Positions 27,594-38,292 of a stretch of 64,000 nt of DNA are shown in pieces. Made by a program: the position numbers and the translations under genes. Origin of the DNA: Phycisphaerae bacterium (GTDB lineage: Bacteria; Planctomycetota; Phycisphaerae; Sedimentisphaerales; SM23-30); assembly GCA_016342495.1 (NCBI GenBank), contig JAEIOG010000002.1, forward strand, positions 9,320-73,319, read 5' to 3'. Below the pieces are notes generated by a model. The model searched no databases. It saw only the letters and a program-made list of their open reading frames with translations, and was not told the origin of the DNA. Position 1 is the first letter of the stretch, and every line of letters begins with the position of its first letter.

Positions 27594-29126
27594 ATGGCAA
27601 GAGAAATGCTAATAAATGTGGCCCAGGAGGAAGAGTGCCGCATAGCTGTCATGGCTAACAGAAGGCTGGAAGAGCTTTATGTAGAACGTTTGGGATCAGC
27701 GAGTCTGGTCGGAAATATCTATAAAGGCAAAGTAGTAAATGTTGAGCCAAGTATTCAGGCGTGCTTCATAGATTTTGGAGTAGGGCAAAATGGTTTTTTA
27801 CACATCAGCGATGTGCAAAGTTCATATTTAAAACAAGGTGAAAAGAAAGAGCGAGTTGGCAAGAAAAAGCCCCGCAAAGATCGTCCGCCAATTCAGGACT
27901 GTATCAAAAAAGGTCAGGAAATAATTGTTCAGGTGATCAAAGAAGGCATAGGGACCAAGGGGCCAACCCTGAGTACTTATCTTTCGATTCCAGGTCGCTT
28001 CCTGGTTTTGATGCCGGGCATGAATAAAACCGGAGTATCACGTAAAATAGAAGATGAAGATGCTCGAGGTAAGCTTAAGGTTCTGCTGGGCCAGTTGGAC
28101 CCGCCTAAGGATATGGGCATTATTATGCGTACAGCGGCGCAGGGTTCAAATAAACGTGATTTGCAGCGGGATATGAATTATCTGCTGAGGCTCTGGAAAA
28201 ACATGACCAAGAGTATCAAGCACGATCCGGCCCCGACGGCATTATATCAGGAATCTGATCTTATTACCCGCACCATACGCGATGTTTTTAATACTTCTAT
28301 ATCAAAAATACACTGCGATAGCGAAGCAGCTTATCATAAGGTTCGCAAGTTTCTCTCTATCGCGATGCCACGCAGTCGCAAATGCGTTACGCTTTATAAA
28401 GGCGCATCGCCGATGTTCAAGAATTATAAAATTGAACAGGAAATCGAACTAATTCAAAAGCGGCATGTTCCGTTGGCATCGGGCGGCTCGATTGTGATTG
28501 ACCAGACCGAAGCATTAGTAGCAATCGATATCAATAGTGGCAAATATCGCGAACAGGAAAACGCTGAAACTACGGCATTTAAGATCAATGTAGAAGCAGC
28601 CCAGGAAATCGCCCGTCAATTAAGATTGCGTGACCTTGGCGGCGTGATCGTCATCGATTTTATCGATATGATCGCAGAAAAACATAAACGTGAGGTAGAA
28701 CGAACATTAAGAGCAGCGGTCAGCACCGACCGGGCCAGTACCAAGATTCTGCGTACCAGTCAGTTTGGTCTGGTTGAAATGACCCGGCAGCGTATGAAAC
28801 CTTCGCTAAAGAGCAGCATATTTAAGGATTGTCCGCATTGCAAAGGTTCAGGTCTGATTAAGACTCCTGAGTCAATGTCAATTGAGATTATGCGACATAT
28901 GCAATATGCCATGGAACATGACAGCACAGAATCTATCGATATCAGAGTTTCGATCGATGTGGCAGCATATTTACAGAACCGCAAGCGGTCATCAATAAGT
29001 GATCTGGAAAAGCTGCATAACAAGAGCATTGAAATCCATATCGATTCGCTTTTGAGCAATGATGAATATATTTTCACGGCCCGCAATGGCCGGGGAATGA
29101 CAATAAATTCCCTAAATAGAGATTAG
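27594..29126 (+). CDS. Rne/Rng family ribonuclease
   Basis: GNIYKGKV..VEPSIQACF.DFG, VQVIKEGIGTKGP.L, QTEALVAIDINSG, RLRDLGG.IVIDFIDM, CPHC.GSG. Confidence 0.96.
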   Translation: MAREMLINVAQEEECRIAVMANRRLEELYVERLGSASLVGNIYKGKVVNVEPSIQACFIDFGVGQNGFLHISDVQSSYLKQGEKKERVGKKKPRKDRPPIQDCIKKGQEIIVQVIKEGIGTKGPTLSTYLSIPGRFLVLMPGMNKTGVSRKIEDEDARGKLKVLLGQLDPPKDMGIIMRTAAQGSNKRDLQRDMNYLLRLWKNMTKSIKHDPAPTALYQESDLITRTIRDVFNTSISKIHCDSEAAYHKVRKFLSIAMPRSRKCVTLYKGASPMFKNYKIEQEIELIQKRHVPLASGGSIVIDQTEALVAIDINSGKYREQENAETTAFKINVEAAQEIARQLRLRDLGGVIVIDFIDMIAEKHKREVERTLRAAVSTDRASTKILRTSQFGLVEMTRQRMKPSLKSSIFKDCPHCKGSGLIKTPESMSIEIMRHMQYAMEHDSTESIDIRVSIDVAAYLQNRKRSSISDLEKLHNKSIEIHIDSLLSNDEYIFTARNGRGMTINSLNRD

Positions 29127-29146
29127 AGGGGAAACGATACTAAAAA

Positions 29147-29183
29147 TAAAGCCAGCTCCAATTAAATGGGACTGGCTTTTTTT
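29147..29183. terminator. Intrinsic terminator between convergent genes
   Basis: AAAGCCAG.TCCA...TGGGACTGGCTTTTTTT. Confidence 0.7.
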
Positions 29184-29253
29184 AATTTTAAATTCAGGCG
29201 ACGAATCTATCTTTGTGGTCCACGCGCTGTCGCTTGAGGTTATAGTTGTGTTG

Positions 29254-29712
29254 TTATTGTCTGCCTTCTTCGATAGATGTAGACTCTGCAACCTGTCGAT
29301 AGCCCAGAGCATAAATAATATCCAGAATTTCAGTATAGCTAGGAAATGGCCGACGATTAACTTTTTTGTATTCTTCAATGGCTTTAAGGAAAGCGAACTG
29401 TTCATCGTTCATTTCGCCCTCTTCGGCACTGCGGCGTTCGTCGCTGCGGCGTTTACCAGGGCCACGACGTCGTTCCATTTCGACCCGGCGATCATCATTA
29501 TTTACCCGTCTTTCGGGGCCGGCATAGTCACCAATGCCATTACGGCGGTCAAAACCACTGCGGCGACCATCACCACGACGATCCTGGTTGTTGCCACGTT
29601 TTTCATCAAAATCAATATCATCGAGATTTTCTATGTCTTCGATATCATCAATATCGTCTAAATCGTCTGTGCTATCATAATCTTCCAGCATTGTGTCACT
29701 CATTTCCTGCAT
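29254..29712 (-). CDS. Hypothetical protein with acidic N-terminus, (D/E)RR repeats and a conserved-looking C-terminal domain
   Basis: Repeated DRR/ERR units; EEGEM.DEQF.FL.AI..YK..N.RPFP...E.L C-terminus; GGAGG RBS. Confidence 0.75.
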   Translation of the reverse strand: MQEMSDTMLEDYDSTDDLDDIDDIEDIENLDDIDFDEKRGNNQDRRGDGRRSGFDRRNGIGDYAGPERRVNNDDRRVEMERRRGPGKRRSDERRSAEEGEMNDEQFAFLKAIEEYKKVNRRPFPSYTEILDIIYALGYRQVAESTSIEEGRQ

Positions 29713-29832
29713 TTTCAGTCCTCCATGTATTGATCATTGTCAAAGTTATCTGATAGGTCATGGCCGAGTTCGGGGTCAAAAGCTGAGAAATTTTCGGCTA
29801 TCTGCAATTCGTCGTCATCGGTGTCATCATAA

Positions 29833-30072
29833 TCAATTAGAATCAAAATATTCATATTCGAGCTCATCGCTCAAATCATTTATGCGTTCGAGGATGTCTC
29901 TAGCGTCATCAATTTGATCTTCCGGAACTTTGATAGTGATTTCATTATCAGCATCAGGGTCTCTTTTAGAGATAATAGCTTCGATGTCATAATCTTCCAG
30001 CAATGTCTGAAATTGTCTAGCCTGGGTAAGATTGTCCGCAATCGTTAGAATTATATAGTCATCATGATCCAT
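29833..30072 (-). CDS. Small DUF2007-like (putative signal-transducing) protein
   Basis: A.N..QA......LE..DI.A...and I.VPEDQ..DA..IL pattern. Confidence 0.6.
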   Translation of the reverse strand: MDHDDYIILTIADNLTQARQFQTLLEDYDIEAIISKRDPDADNEITIKVPEDQIDDARDILERINDLSDELEYEYFDSN

Positions 30073-30447
30073 AATTAAGATATACCTTATTTTGTCAGTT
30101 TTTATCAATAAAAAAGCATTCAGCCTAAAACTAATATAAGTATAGCCCAAAAAAAAGCTTCGTGCATAATAACCAGCAAAAAAAATATGGTTTTGCTATT
30201 GATAGCAACTTTTATATATTCGACCAGTTCCGGGTGTATCTTTGATAATTTTTGGTCAAAATATGGTAAATAATAAATTATTCACGGATTTTAGCTGATT
30301 ATTAAGGAATAACACATATTGTCTAACTTATTGCTTAGGTTTTTAGTGCGATAAAAAAAATATAGTATATCAATAATTATTGGTATGGGTGTATTTGGTC
30401 GATAATGGTTATTTAAGATATATAGTCATATAACAGGAGAAATATAA

Positions 30448-31122
30448 ATGCCAATCAAAGAAGACTTTACCCAAGAAACCTGGCGAGTATTTAGAATCAT
30501 GGCTGAATTTGTTGAAGGATTTGACGAATTAAGCAAGTTAGGGCCAGCAGTTACGATATTCGGCTCGGCCCGAACCCAACCGGGCACACCATATTATGAT
30601 TTGGCTGTCGAGACCGCAGCTGCATTTGTCAAGGCAGATATGTCGGTAATTACAGGTGGTGGCGGCGGGATCATGGAAGCTGCTAACAAAGGAGCCATCG
30701 AAGCTGGTGGTACCAGTGTTGGGCTAAATATAGAGCTGCCCCATGAGCAAAAGCCCAATGAATACCAGAATTTATCTTTGAGTTTTCGATATTTCTTTGC
30801 TCGCAAGACCATGTTTACCAAGTATGCCGACGGTTTTGTATGTCTTCCGGGCGGATTTGGGACCTTAGATGAATTTTTTGAATCATTAACACTGATTCAA
30901 ACCCTGAAAATGCATAGATTTCCCGTGGTATTAATGGGTACAGACTACTGGAAAGGTCTGCTGGAATGGATCGAAAAAGTAATGCTGGCCGGCGGTAATA
31001 TTTCACCGGAGGATATTGATCTTTATACCTTAACCGATGATCCTGGGGTGGCAGTAGATATTATCACTAAAAGCCAAAAAAAATGGATAGAGCCAAATGG
31101 AGTAGTTAAAAGAAAAAAATAG
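30448..31122 (+). CDS. LOG family (TIGR00730) nucleotide phosphoribohydrolase
   Basis: WRVFRIMAEFVEGF, VTIFGSAR, ITGGG.GIMEAANKGA, FRYFFARK, PGGFGTLDE. Confidence 0.95.
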   Translation: MPIKEDFTQETWRVFRIMAEFVEGFDELSKLGPAVTIFGSARTQPGTPYYDLAVETAAAFVKADMSVITGGGGGIMEAANKGAIEAGGTSVGLNIELPHEQKPNEYQNLSLSFRYFFARKTMFTKYADGFVCLPGGFGTLDEFFESLTLIQTLKMHRFPVVLMGTDYWKGLLEWIEKVMLAGGNISPEDIDLYTLTDDPGVAVDIITKSQKKWIEPNGVVKRKK

Positions 31123-31151
31123 TTTCTTAAGAGAAATTGGATATACTATCA

Positions 31152-31188
31152 GGTCATGTTGGCAGAAGCTGGCATGGCCTTTTTATTT
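31152..31188 (+). terminator. Probable intrinsic terminator
   Basis: GGTCATGTTGGC-AGAA-GCTGGCATGGCC hairpin (with G-U pairs) then TTTTTATTT. Confidence 0.6.
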
Positions 31189-31211
31189 AGCCAGAGTTAT
31201 GCTGGGAATTA

Positions 31212-32327
31212 ATGATGGAAGATTTTAGACAATTGCATGTTGATGTAGCTTTTGGGCGTTCAAAAGGTAAGATTATCTGGCAGCCCCGAATCACTTGCTG
31301 GTATAACGACAAATATTTCAATAATGAAACTTTGCCGGATGGCTATGAGGGATTATCGTTTTATGACATTTATCGTAAGCTGGGCTGTTCGGCCAGGCTA
31401 TATGATTTTAATGATTGCTTTATACGCAATGAAGAGCCAAGGGTTAGAGAATATATTGAAGATTTAGGTAATAATCGACAAAAAAGGACAATAGAAACCC
31501 CAGTCGGTCGACAAATTGAAATACTCCAAAAGAGTAACCATAACCCAGAGTCGATACGTATTAAATGGGAAGTAGAAACTGAAGATGAACTGAAAGTGGC
31601 ACTGTGGCGTGAAGAAAATGCTACGTGGCAATGGGACCAGCAAAAATACGACAAGCTTTATGCTGAACTTTGCGATTTGGGTGCTCCGACAATATTTATG
31701 CCCCGCATGAATGTACAAAATTTATATATTGAGAAAATGGGTATTGAAAAAGGCATCTATGCATTATATGATTGGCCCGATACAATAGAAGCGTATTTTA
31801 AGGCCAGAAGTTTATCGCATGATATATTAATAAAACTTATAAATGATTCGCCAATTGAGATAATAAATTTTGGCGAGAATATTCATTCGGCGACATTGAC
31901 CCCGCGTCTATTTAAAAAGTATCATCTGCCTGAATGTCAAAGCCGCTGTGAAAAACTCCATGCAGCTAATAAATTTGTCTGTTCACATTGGGATGGGAAC
32001 TGTCAAGGTCTTTTACAATATGCAGGGGATACCGGACTGGATGGTATCGAAGCTATTACGCCAAAGCCCCAGGGCGATGTAACCCTGGAAGAGATAAAAG
32101 AGGCATTGGGCGAGGAGATGTTTTTGCTGGATGGAATACCGGCGGTATATTTTGATAAGACATATTCGGAAGAAATTTTGATTAATTGTGTACATAAGTT
32201 AATTGGGTTGTTTGCCCCGAAATTAATTCTTGGAATTTCCGATGAAATTTCTTCGACCGGTGATATAGAACGAGTCAGAATTGTAAAAGAAATCGTTGAT
32301 GAATATAACAGAAAGCAGCTTTGCTGA
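31212..32327 (+). CDS. Uroporphyrinogen decarboxylase / MtaA-CmuA fold protein
   Basis: IETPVG, FGENI....L.P.LF.KY.LP, SHWDG, GLDGIEAITP.PQGDV.LEE...ALG, ILGISDE. Confidence 0.75.
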   Translation: MMEDFRQLHVDVAFGRSKGKIIWQPRITCWYNDKYFNNETLPDGYEGLSFYDIYRKLGCSARLYDFNDCFIRNEEPRVREYIEDLGNNRQKRTIETPVGRQIEILQKSNHNPESIRIKWEVETEDELKVALWREENATWQWDQQKYDKLYAELCDLGAPTIFMPRMNVQNLYIEKMGIEKGIYALYDWPDTIEAYFKARSLSHDILIKLINDSPIEIINFGENIHSATLTPRLFKKYHLPECQSRCEKLHAANKFVCSHWDGNCQGLLQYAGDTGLDGIEAITPKPQGDVTLEEIKEALGEEMFLLDGIPAVYFDKTYSEEILINCVHKLIGLFAPKLILGISDEISSTGDIERVRIVKEIVDEYNRKQLC

Positions 32328-33766
32328 ATAAAGTTGAGAATCATTTGTTAAAAAAACTAAAAAAACGCTGGAACGGCCCGGTTGGCTATAAAAAAATATT
32401 GTTATTGGCAATGCCATTGATTGTCAGTAGCGGTTCGCATTCGATTCAGATGTTTGTTGACAGGATATTCCTTGCCAAACTTGACCCAAACATGATGAGC
32501 GGGTCGGTAATGGCTGGCATAACCAACTGGACAATTTTAAGTCTATTTGTTGGTGTGGCAAGCTACACAAATACATTTGTGGCCCAATATCATGGAGCAA
32601 AAAAATATAATCAAATTGGCATTGCGATATGGCAAGGGATATTTTTTGCCACTTTTGCCGGTTTGTTTATGGTTGGAGTCAGCTTCCTGTCGGAAGATAT
32701 TTTTGCATTTATGAAACATGATGAAAAAATCATTCCGCATGAGATTATGTATTTCAGGATTTTAACACTTGGTGCCTGGCCTATGCTTTTAAGTAATTCG
32801 TTATCATGCTTTTTTAGCGGCAGAGGCAAGACCAGGGTGATTATGATAACAACATTAATTGGCACCACTTTGAATGTCATTCTGGATTATATATTAATCT
32901 TTGGTAAATTTGGTTTTCCGCAAATGGGAATAAAAGGAGCAGGTATAGCAACAGTTGCTGCGGCGGTGTTAATGAGCGTAATTTATATATGTTTAGTTTT
33001 CAACAGTAAGTATCGCCAAAAATACAATATTCTGCCAAAAAAATATTTCGATCGTGATATATTTACAAGGCTAATGCGTTTTGGTTTCCCAAGTGGTTTG
33101 CAAAACACTCTGGACATGATTTCATTTATGACTTTTGGTCTATACGTCGGTAGACTGGGAGATGTCAAGATGAATGCACACATGTTAGCTTTGCAGGTAA
33201 ATCTTTTGGCTTTCTTACCGATGATAGGTATGTCGATTGCAGTTGCAACCCTGGTTGGTCAATCATTGGGAAGTAATGATCCTAAAAAAGCTCAGACAAT
33301 TACCTGGCGTGCCGCCCAGATGTCTTTTACATATATGACTTTGCTGGCAATCAGTTTTTGTATCATTCCAGATTTATACCTGAATTTATTTAAGAGCGAG
33401 CGCAATGCTGATATTTTCGCTGAAATGCTACCCATCGCCCGACAGCTTTTGATATTTGCAGCACTGATATCTATTTTTGACACCGGAAGCATTATCATGG
33501 GCGGAGCCTTGCGCGGAGCTGGCGACACTCGTTTTGTGATGTGGATGTCGGTTGCGATACACTGGGGTTTACTATTAATACCAAGTATTATTATTAATGC
33601 TTGCGGTGGCGGGCTTTACCATTACTGGGCATTTTTCACACTAACGGTTTGTGTTTTGGCTATAGCTTTTCTGTGGCGGTTTAATAACGGTAAATGGAAA
33701 ACAATGCGGGTAATCGAAATGGACGAGCCTGTTACCGAAGGTTTTGAGCCGCCTGAATACCAGTAG
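32321..33766 (+). CDS. MATE family efflux transporter
   Basis: FVDRIFL, FVAQYHGA, LNVILDYILIFGKFGFP.MGI.GA.IAT, GQ.LG, GALRGAGDT, W.F..GKW. Confidence 0.95.
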   Translation: MLNKVENHLLKKLKKRWNGPVGYKKILLLAMPLIVSSGSHSIQMFVDRIFLAKLDPNMMSGSVMAGITNWTILSLFVGVASYTNTFVAQYHGAKKYNQIGIAIWQGIFFATFAGLFMVGVSFLSEDIFAFMKHDEKIIPHEIMYFRILTLGAWPMLLSNSLSCFFSGRGKTRVIMITTLIGTTLNVILDYILIFGKFGFPQMGIKGAGIATVAAAVLMSVIYICLVFNSKYRQKYNILPKKYFDRDIFTRLMRFGFPSGLQNTLDMISFMTFGLYVGRLGDVKMNAHMLALQVNLLAFLPMIGMSIAVATLVGQSLGSNDPKKAQTITWRAAQMSFTYMTLLAISFCIIPDLYLNLFKSERNADIFAEMLPIARQLLIFAALISIFDTGSIIMGGALRGAGDTRFVMWMSVAIHWGLLLIPSIIINACGGGLYHYWAFFTLTVCVLAIAFLWRFNNGKWKTMRVIEMDEPVTEGFEPPEYQ

Positions 33767-33815
33767 AATAACTCAAACTGACTATCTGTAAGTTTGAAAG
33801 TGCGAATATCTACAT

Positions 33816-36800
33816 CTAAAATGAAGTGTTCTCTATGCCGAACATCACGCCCCCGGCAATATAACCCTGGTTGCGAAAAACTGGAACAGGGAGGAATTGT
33901 TTTGGAGTACCGAAAGGTTTGTCGCTGGCGATAGCGGTGGTTAGGCCAATGAGATAATCGCCATAATTGATTTTCAATTTGGTGCCATTGGCATCTTTAG
34001 CTATGAGCTGCTGAATATAATTTAATCGCTGCCGATAATATTGCTTTTGGGTATCGGTTACATTAATTTTGTTTTGATTAATGAGTTCAAGTTGGGACTG
34101 CTGCAGTTTGAGTTCGGCGTTTAGCAGGCCGATAGCCTTATCATATTCGGCTGAATTTCTAACCGGAATGGTCGTGCCATTCATATACAGGTCAAATTTA
34201 TCACCCTGGAAAACCAGGTGATTGTTGCGGGAGCCATCGGCTAACTGATCGAATTTACAAGTCATTTTTTGCCATTGGTATTGTGATGTTTTAAGTGAAG
34301 GGATAATTTTTTGCATCCAGCCGGGGCCACCAGAGCCAATGGTTAAGCCATCATTAAGGACGGTTTGGCCTTTGCCAGTCCAGCAATATTCCATATTAAA
34401 AACATCATAAAGACTGGTTTGGAAATCATATTTTTCGCTTACATCACCTTGAAGGATAAGTCCGGGCAGTTTATTTTCGACAATTCGACAAAGCGCGGGG
34501 CTGGCCATAAGGGCATTGCTTTGCATAGAATATTTCAAGATCGGTTTTTCTTCGGCAAGGTCACAATTAATATCGACAGAATAAACACCTGCATTAACAC
34601 TGGTGATAACACTGCCAAGAAGCTGTTGGTCGGCTATGGAAAATTTACCTTTGAGCTGTTTGGGTTGGAGAAAAACTTCATTTTCAGGATCGGTAAAACC
34701 CAGGTTGGAAATATTGGCATTAACCTGAATATTACATTGCTTGAGATATTTAACTATTGCTTCGGCATTAAAATCTGTGTCAGAGGAATTGGTAAAATCA
34801 AGTATTTTTATATCGGCTTGCATCTGGTCAATATCGAGGTTTTGGCTATTGAGAAAAATTTCTCCGCTCGGATATTTATCAAGTTTATCAAATACAGAAA
34901 GATTGGTTAGATGAGCATTTACGTTAACATCATTTTGATTTAGCTTAAACTGAAGATTGTCCAACAAGGTCAGGTTATCGCAAAATTTAATCTTATCGAA
35001 AGCTATGACGAAATCCTGAGATTTATATTGGCCACCCAGGGTGCCCATGCAATCAATTGAATGGATATAAAATTCAGGGGGAGAATTATGTTTGACAGTA
35101 AGAGCAATATCACCGGAGAGTTGGGTCTGAAAGTCTTCGACTGGGAAGTTATCGAGCCAACCTATTAAGCTCTGGCCATCGGTTATATTGAAGTTGCAAT
35201 TATAATTCTGGTCGTCTTTGATTGCTATGGCAATAACATTATCGAGAGCATTGATTTTAATACGGTTTAAGTTAAGTTTTGATTTATTTTTGTCATAGGC
35301 GGCATCAAAAGCGATATCTAATTTTTCAGTGGCAGGCTTATTAAAATGTTGTGGTCCATCTTGAATTTCAAGTTTATGTTTTATCTCAGTATTGGTCAAA
35401 TCGAGATTAGACTGAATATCAACACTATCGCTATCCCATTTAATAATCCCATCAAACTGGGCAGCGCCTTGCAGCTGTGGCAGGTCATCATAGCCAGCGA
35501 AAACCAGGTCAAGAATTTGTTCAGATTGGATATTTGAATTAACATTAAAATTACCCTCATAAATCGATGTAAAATAATTATAATCATAAACATCGCCAAC
35601 GGATTCATCCAGATACAAAGAGCCACTGGCACTAAGGCGGGATTTATCCAGCAGAAAATCGAGCGACAGGCAATTGGCAATGATCATCGGTTGGCTATTG
35701 AAAAAACCTGGAAAAATGCAACGCATCAGATCATAATTAATTTTAATTTCAAAATTGGTATTAAGTTTGCAAGGCTGTTGAGAAATTTTATTATAGGTAT
35801 GAAATTCTTGTTTTTTATTTTTGACAATAATATCAAAGTCAGCTTCGGTTGCGTCAAAACCGAGTTTCGCCTGCCAGTTGTTTGCATGATTGAGTTTAAA
35901 ACCTAACTTGATTTTACCCGTGAGATTTTCCAGTTGGTGATCTTTGACTTTTATCGAGCCATCAAAGTCTGGAAAAGCCTGGAAAAGTTTTTCGCAATGG
36001 TCGGTTTCTGCAATAAGAGTCGCATCGTAGAATTGATAGCTTCCCAGGTTAAAAGGCAGGAGTTGATTTTCTAAATTAATATTGCTGTAAAAATCTTTTC
36101 TAAAACAGCCCTTCACATTTAGATTCAGGCCATCGATATCCATTGCTACCTTGCCATTAATATAGCCAATCACTATATTTTCGGTTAAATCAAAATCTAT
36201 ATGAGCTGGAAAATTCATTAACTTGTGGTAGGTAAATTTGCCGCTGTTGTCTTGTAAACAAAAATCTGCATTAGTCAAATCGAGTTTGCTATGCAATGTA
36301 TTTTTTGTGGGGCTTTGCTCAAAATTAATATTCGCCTGTAAATCTCCATCCAGATTAATTTGTTTGCGAATAAGCATTTTCTGCAAGAAAGGAAATATTT
36401 TTTTCAACGAGTCAATATTTTTCAATTCAATATCGGCGTCGAGCTGGGCAATGTTTTTTTGATCGGTTAGAATCAGCTTATGAGCTTGCAACTGGATATT
36501 GCCCTGGCCAACACTGACGTCTGCAGAAATATTCTCAAAAGTATTTTGATTTGTTGGCCATCGGCCTTGAACATTCATTTTTAGCTGTTGGCCCAGCTCT
36601 TTTGCAAAGATAGTTTGGTTTTGATAATATCCATGGCAGGAACTATCACCGGCCATCACCGCTGAAGCGGCTAAAGTATCATCATGAAAATCCAGATCAA
36701 ATACCATCGGGCCACCTGCGACGATATTTTCACTGATCGGAAAACATAAATCATTGCCAAATTGAGCGACATCTTCAAAATTAATTCTAACAGTGCCGTT

Positions 36801-38129
36801 GGGTTTGATCGCCTGTGCGAAGATATCTTGAATAATTATTTGGGCTCGCATGGTTGCAGTTGACAGCTGAGAATCATTAATATCAAGTTTTATTTTGTTC
36901 GCTTGTTTGTTGAGTTTACCTTGCATAACAAACGGTATGCCCGCAGGTTTGATGGCATATTCGAGATCAAAACCCATGTCAGTAGCATCTATTTCAAAGG
37001 ATGCCCGGGTAAAAGAACCTGGTGTACAATTAAGATTAAACTTCAGATTGCCCCGAGGCTTTAGCTGTTGAGCCAACTGCAAATTATTTAAAAAGGGCAA
37101 AGTCTGGAAAATTTTATCAAAATTCAGTTGGCTATCTTTCAGTTCAAAATTTAAGCTGTTCAAACCAAAATCATAGCTGAATTCACCAGCGGTATTAAAT
37201 TCTGAACTGGCAAATGTTGATTGAGCTTCGATATAGTCCTGGGAAATAATTGAATTAATTTTTGTCGCTATGGAAAAATCTTTGAATATATCGCCCTGCT
37301 CGCTTTTAACAGTTAAATTATTGACAGCCAAGTTCAGATTGGCATTTAGGGAAATATCTGGATTAAATCTGGTAGTTAGATTTGCCGAAAGCCTACCGGT
37401 AATACCAGTGGGGTTGATGCCAAAGTCAGCCAAAAGGGATTTCAGTTTCTCGTTAAGGATAATTCTGGAAAGATCAAAATTTGTGATGTCAACGCAAACG
37501 GGGATTTTAGCATCGCCGGGCGATAAATAATCTGGAACATCTCCATTTTTGCCAAACGAGGTTATAGCCGGGTCAGAGCCGGATTTTTGGGAGGCATTTA
37601 TATTCCATGCAAATTTATTGTTTAGATTATTAATCCAGACCTGGCCATTACTGTAAAGGGTGAGAATTTTTTCATTTTTGAGGAAAAATCCCACGGTCAT
37701 CTGTTGATAATCAAAACGGTCAAAATCAATTTGCAGGGGTGGCAATTCCATAACATTGACACGGCCATCTGGTAATACCACTACATTGACATCGACATCC
37801 TGCATCACAGCCAACTCTAAATGCCTGGCTTTAAGTCCAAAAAGATCAAATTCACACTGAAATTTGCCAATTCGCATCAGTTGGCCAATACCAAAATCAC
37901 TATGTCGGGCGACATTAATACCCTGAATTTCAATGCCTTGCGTCCAGCTTAATTTTAACGAATCGATTTTAGTCTGACGATTCATCTGGGAAGTCATCTG
38001 TTTTTCAATAGTGGCCTTTATATAACTTTTGGGCAGCCAATATGGTAAGGTTAAAGTAGCCAACGCCAGCAAAAACACGCATAAAGCTATTATTATCAGT
38101 ATCTTATGTTTTTTCGACCTTTTTTTCAT
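33816..38129 (-). CDS. Large AsmA-like envelope protein
   Basis: N-terminal basic stretch plus TM anchor, AsmA-type start (I...M...MNR...ID.L.LSW..GI.I.G..V), about 1400 aa of repetitive beta-strand pattern. Confidence 0.65.
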   Translation of the reverse strand: MKKRSKKHKILIIIALCVFLLALATLTLPYWLPKSYIKATIEKQMTSQMNRQTKIDSLKLSWTQGIEIQGINVARHSDFGIGQLMRIGKFQCEFDLFGLKARHLELAVMQDVDVNVVVLPDGRVNVMELPPLQIDFDRFDYQQMTVGFFLKNEKILTLYSNGQVWINNLNNKFAWNINASQKSGSDPAITSFGKNGDVPDYLSPGDAKIPVCVDITNFDLSRIILNEKLKSLLADFGINPTGITGRLSANLTTRFNPDISLNANLNLAVNNLTVKSEQGDIFKDFSIATKINSIISQDYIEAQSTFASSEFNTAGEFSYDFGLNSLNFELKDSQLNFDKIFQTLPFLNNLQLAQQLKPRGNLKFNLNCTPGSFTRASFEIDATDMGFDLEYAIKPAGIPFVMQGKLNKQANKIKLDINDSQLSTATMRAQIIIQDIFAQAIKPNGTVRINFEDVAQFGNDLCFPISENIVAGGPMVFDLDFHDDTLAASAVMAGDSSCHGYYQNQTIFAKELGQQLKMNVQGRWPTNQNTFENISADVSVGQGNIQLQAHKLILTDQKNIAQLDADIELKNIDSLKKIFPFLQKMLIRKQINLDGDLQANINFEQSPTKNTLHSKLDLTNADFCLQDNSGKFTYHKLMNFPAHIDFDLTENIVIGYINGKVAMDIDGLNLNVKGCFRKDFYSNINLENQLLPFNLGSYQFYDATLIAETDHCEKLFQAFPDFDGSIKVKDHQLENLTGKIKLGFKLNHANNWQAKLGFDATEADFDIIVKNKKQEFHTYNKISQQPCKLNTNFEIKINYDLMRCIFPGFFNSQPMIIANCLSLDFLLDKSRLSASGSLYLDESVGDVYDYNYFTSIYEGNFNVNSNIQSEQILDLVFAGYDDLPQLQGAAQFDGIIKWDSDSVDIQSNLDLTNTEIKHKLEIQDGPQHFNKPATEKLDIAFDAAYDKNKSKLNLNRIKINALDNVIAIAIKDDQNYNCNFNITDGQSLIGWLDNFPVEDFQTQLSGDIALTVKHNSPPEFYIHSIDCMGTLGGQYKSQDFVIAFDKIKFCDNLTLLDNLQFKLNQNDVNVNAHLTNLSVFDKLDKYPSGEIFLNSQNLDIDQMQADIKILDFTNSSDTDFNAEAIVKYLKQCNIQVNANISNLGFTDPENEVFLQPKQLKGKFSIADQQLLGSVITSVNAGVYSVDINCDLAEEKPILKYSMQSNALMASPALCRIVENKLPGLILQGDVSEKYDFQTSLYDVFNMEYCWTGKGQTVLNDGLTIGSGGPGWMQKIIPSLKTSQYQWQKMTCKFDQLADGSRNNHLVFQGDKFDLYMNGTTIPVRNSAEYDKAIGLLNAELKLQQSQLELINQNKINVTDTQKQYYRQRLNYIQQLIAKDANGTKLKINYGDYLIGLTTAIASDKPFGTPKQFLPVPVFRNQGYIAGGVMFGIENTSF

Positions 38130-38292
38130 AGTTTAGGCATTCTAATGAAAAGGGTGGCAATGAGCAACTAAAAAGATTTCACCTTTACTATTGAGCTAAA
38201 ATTGAGTTTTATCTTGCATATACAAGACTTTTAGATATAATGACAAATTGCGAAATATTGTGATTTTTGTTATTTTAAATATGGTTTAACGT

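Noticed and set aside
29215-29661. 148-aa + strand ORF and other long antisense ORFs (e.g. 5202-5660, 26138-26608, 34365-34910, 48909-49430)
   Set aside because: Shadow frames of well-supported genes on the opposite strand
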